This document shows positions 61,217-64,000 of a DNA stretch of 64,000 nucleotides, piece by piece. Under the pieces are notes generated by a model. It was not told the DNA's origin and searched no databases. It saw nothing but the letters and a program-made list of their open reading frames with translations. The stretch lies in NCBI GenBank assembly GCA_964605505.1, contig CAZSDD010000001.1, positions 32,840 to 96,839 of the forward strand, written 5' to 3'. How positions within the stretch are numbered: position 1 is the first letter of the stretch; every line of letters starts with the position of its first letter. A program made the translations under genes and the position numbers. Source of the DNA: an uncultured Gemmatimonadaceae bacterium (GTDB lineage: Bacteria; Gemmatimonadota; Gemmatimonadetes; Longimicrobiales; Gaopeijiaceae).

Positions 61217-64000
61217 CTATCTCCGGTGCTCCTCCAGCGCTTCCCGTGCCGCTCTCACCACCTCCTGGTGGGTCTCCGTGGGCGGATAGAGGGAGCCCTG
61301 CCTCACCCCGCTCCCGTTCAGGTCGTTGTAGACCCCCATGACGTTCCGCCGGTGGGCCTGGAGCATCCGCTCCTCATCCGTCATCTCCTGGATGTCCGCC
61401 CGCCGGAACCCGGGGCCTCCCAGGACGTCCCGGAACTCCTGAAGGAGGTGCTGGATTCCCGTGAGGAACGCCTCCCGCTCCTCGTACTGGGCCTGTGAGA
61501 GGGGCATCTGGGGGTCTCCCTCCACCCCCACTGTGGTGGAGACGGTGGTGCCCCGGGCCTCCAGGGTCAGGGTGTAGGTTCCGGGGGAAACGAAGTGGCC
61601 CCGGTCCTCCAGGTTCCGGTGATACCGCCGGCCGGCGAAGCTCTCCCATGCCTCCAGACCCGCGTCCAGCTCGGCGGGGTGTCGCAGATCCCAGTTCACC
61701 CGGTGGAGCCCCGGCTCCCCAGGCACCCGGTATTCCCGGATCACCTCTCCATCGGCCCGGGAAACCCGGAGGATGGCGTCGCCGCTTCCCTGGCCCAGCC
61801 GATAGGTGATGATGGCCCCGTCCACCGGGTTCTCACCTGCGAACTCGGCCTGGCCCCGGTAGGAGGTGTCCTTCCAGTAGGTGAAGATGGTGGCCTCCCG
61901 GACGCTGAACAGGTGGGCCGGGGCCTCGACTACCTCAGCGTTCCACTCTGCCAGGGGACGGGTATCGTCCAGGATCCAGATGCTCTGGCCGTGGGTCCCG
62001 ATGACCAGATCCTTCTCCCGGGAATGGATGAGGATGTCGTCGTAGTGGGTGGTGGGCATGTTCTCGAAGCGTGCCCAGCTCTCTCCCCCGTCGGTGCTGG
62101 CGAAGAGGTGATGCTCCGTTCCGACGAAGAGGACATCGGGGTTGTCCGGCTGCTCGATGACGTCGTTCACGGCCCCGGTGGGCAGGCCGTCCATGATGGG
62201 CTCCCAGGTGGCCCCGAAGTCCCGTGTCCGGTAGAGATAAGGAGAGAAGTCTCCGTCCCGGTGCGCGTCGAATGCGGCATAGGCCCGGCCCGGCTCCGCC
62301 GCCGACGGGGTGATGCGGCTGACGTAGGTGCCGTAGGCGAGGCCGGGCACGTTTCCGGCCACCTCCGTCCAGGTGGCTCCTCCGTCCTGGGACACCTGGA
62401 GGCTCCCGTCGTCCATCCCCACCCAGAGGATCCGGGGATCCAGGGGCGACTCACCCAGAGTGGTGGCTTCGCCGAAGCTGCTGGTCCCGTCATTCCGGGA
62501 GAGGGTGATGTTTGCTCCCAGGATGCCCATGAGGGGGATGGTGTCCCGATCGATCTTCCTGGAGAGATCTTCCGTCCGGGCCCAGCTTTCTCCCCGGTCC
62601 CTGGAGATGAAGAGCCGGTTCCCTCCGGCGTAGAGGGTGGCCGGGTCGTGCTGGGAGATGATGATGGGAGAGGTCCAGTCGAATCGGTAGTCCTCCTCTC
62701 CCACCGGGGGCTGGGGCTTGATGTCCAGCATGTCCCCGGTCTCGGCATCCAGGCGGATCCAGTTTCCGTTCTGGGAGCTCCCGTAGTTGTAACGGCGGGA
62801 TGTGGGGTCCGGTTGCCAGTACATCCCGTCTCCGAACCCTACCTGCTTCCAGTCGTCGTTCACGATGCCGATCCACCGGCGGGTCTGAGAGGGGCCGGCG
62901 AAGGAGTGGTTGTCCTGGAGCCCTCCGAAGACCCAGTAGGGATCCCGGTTGTCCGCCCCGATGGCGTAGAACTGGGCGATGGGGAAGTTGTTGATCTTCC
63001 GGAAGGTCACCCCGCCGTCGTAGCTCTCGTGGAGCCCCGCGTCTCCACCCAGATAGAGGTGCTCCGAGTCATTGGGGTCGATCCAGAGGGCGTGGTGGTC
63101 GGCGTGGACACCCACGTCGTAGGTGGGCCGGACGGCGATCTCGTGGTAGCTCCGTCCCCCGTCCAGACTCTTGTGGGCGGAGGTGGCCAGGTTGTAGACC
63201 ACGTCGGGATCGTTGGGGTCGATGAAGATCTCCGAATAGTACATTGGCCGGCCGTTCAAGGGATTCACCCGCTCCCAGGTCGCCCCGGCGTCCTCGGAGC
63301 GGTAGGTGCCCTGGGCGTCCCCGTCGGCGTGCTCGACGAGGGCGTTCAGGATCCGGGGATCGGAGGCGGAGATGGCCAGGCCGATGCGTCCCTTGTCCCC
63401 TGCAGGGATCCCGTTGGTGAGCTCGGTCCAGCTGTCGCCCCCATCGGTGGTCTTGTAGATCCCGCTCCCCGGGCCCCCTCCGTTGAATCCCCAGGCTCGA
63501 CGCAGTCGCTGGTAGGTGGCGGCGTAGAGGACGTCGGGGTCGGAGGGATCCATCACCATGTCCACGGCTCCGGTGTGCTCGTCCACGTAGAGGACCTTTT
63601 CCCAGCTGTCGCCTCCGTCGGTGCTCCGGAAGACCCCCCGCTCCGGGTTCGGAGTCCAGAGGTTCCCCAGGGCAGCCACGTAGACCACGTCCGGGTTCCC
63701 GGGATGGACCTCCACCTTCCCGATGTGCCGTGTCTCCACCAGTCCCAGATGACGCCACGTCTCCCCGCCGTCGTCGGAACGGTAGACGCCGTTCCCCCAG
63801 GAGGTGCTCTGACGGTTGTTCTGCTCCCCGGTTCCCGCGTAGAGGATGTCGGGGTTGGAGGAGGCGATGGCCACGTCCCCGAAGGTGCTCACGGGCATGT
63901 CGGCGAAGACGTTCTCCCAGGTGATGCCCCGGTTGGTGCTCTTCCAGAGGCCCCCGGAGGCGGAGGCCACGTAGAGGGTCGAAGGATCGTGGGGGAGGGC
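61217..64000 (-). CDS. BNR/Asp-box repeat protein, sortilin/VPS10-like double propeller; N-terminus lies outside the window
   Basis: At least 11 SxDxGxTW-type Asp boxes (STNRGITW, SDDGGETW, STDGGDSW, TTDGGDSW, SEDAGATW, SRDRGESW, SQDGGATW, STDGGESW and others). The frame stays open to base 64000 (ALPHDPSTLYVASASGG...). Confidence 0.85.
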   Translation of the reverse strand, partial: ALPHDPSTLYVASASGGLWKSTNRGITWENVFADMPVSTFGDVAIASSNPDILYAGTGEQNNRQSTSWGNGVYRSDDGGETWRHLGLVETRHIGKVEVHPGNPDVVYVAALGNLWTPNPERGVFRSTDGGDSWEKVLYVDEHTGAVDMVMDPSDPDVLYAATYQRLRRAWGFNGGGPGSGIYKTTDGGDSWTELTNGIPAGDKGRIGLAISASDPRILNALVEHADGDAQGTYRSEDAGATWERVNPLNGRPMYYSEIFIDPNDPDVVYNLATSAHKSLDGGRSYHEIAVRPTYDVGVHADHHALWIDPNDSEHLYLGGDAGLHESYDGGVTFRKINNFPIAQFYAIGADNRDPYWVFGGLQDNHSFAGPSQTRRWIGIVNDDWKQVGFGDGMYWQPDPTSRRYNYGSSQNGNWIRLDAETGDMLDIKPQPPVGEEDYRFDWTSPIIISQHDPATLYAGGNRLFISRDRGESWARTEDLSRKIDRDTIPLMGILGANITLSRNDGTSSFGEATTLGESPLDPRILWVGMDDGSLQVSQDGGATWTEVAGNVPGLAYGTYVSRITPSAAEPGRAYAAFDAHRDGDFSPYLYRTRDFGATWEPIMDGLPTGAVNDVIEQPDNPDVLFVGTEHHLFASTDGGESWARFENMPTTHYDDILIHSREKDLVIGTHGQSIWILDDTRPLAEWNAEVVEAPAHLFSVREATIFTYWKDTSYRGQAEFAGENPVDGAIITYRLGQGSGDAILRVSRADGEVIREYRVPGEPGLHRVNWDLRHPAELDAGLEAWESFAGRRYHRNLEDRGHFVSPGTYTLTLEARGTTVSTTVGVEGDPQMPLSQAQYEEREAFLTGIQHLLQEFRDVLGGPGFRRADIQEMTDEERMLQAHRRNVMGVYNDLNGSGVRQGSLYPPTETHQEVVRAAREALEEHRR

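Noticed and set aside
1-64000. Search for CRISPR arrays, tRNA/rRNA/tmRNA/RNase P genes, transposases, integrases, prophage or toxin-antitoxin modules.
   Set aside because: I found no spaced direct-repeat arrays, no cloverleaf-compatible sequences in the intergenic gaps I inspected, no conserved RNase P or tmRNA cores, and no recombinase-like translations. The only repeats seen are the short tandem pairs at 8723-8764 and 52133-52191. tRNAscan-SE and Infernal would be needed to exclude RNA genes rigorously.

Overview
GC-rich (about two-thirds G+C by eye) bacterial chromosomal segment. It is densely coding on both strands, with about 47 protein genes. I see no rRNA or tRNA genes, CRISPR arrays, transposases or integrases. 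The gene content suggests a diderm of the FCB/Gemmatimonadota-like radiation, but this is inference only. That content includes two short primary-like sigma-70 factors with a KFISYAVWWIRQ region-2 signature, a BNR/sortilin-type Asp-box protein, a CBM9/DUF5916-like outer-membrane protein, Omp85-like barrels, and secreted S9/M24/S45 hydrolases. Recognisable housekeeping genes are slt (partial), polA, ssb, maeB, ppdK, rsgA, trpE, ctaA, corA and bcp, plus a BtuFCD/FecBCD-like ABC importer and an MsbA-like exporter. Best candidates for something new: (1) A minus-strand operon at 14525-18103 encodes a free-standing C39-like cysteine peptidase, a RimK-type ATP-grasp ligase with a long N-terminal extension, and a translationally coupled GCS2/YbdK carboxylate-amine ligase. 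A possible 27-codon micro-ORF exactly fills the only gap in this operon. (2) A 935-aa single-chain SbcD(Mre11)-SbcC(Rad50)-like fusion at 33366-36173 keeps the CxxC zinc hook, but its nuclease and ATPase motifs look degenerate by eye. It is the last gene of a tightly packed operon with a flavin reductase and a membrane-anchored spermidine-synthase-like protein. (3) A primary-like sigma factor lies between two Omp85-like barrel genes, and a second paralogous sigma lies 19 kb away. Several small tandem repeats, palindromes and one large structured non-coding gap (43452-43897) are unexplained. The many long ORFs antisense to recognisable genes are GC-driven shadow ORFs. All family assignments are by eye from the translations; no searches were run.
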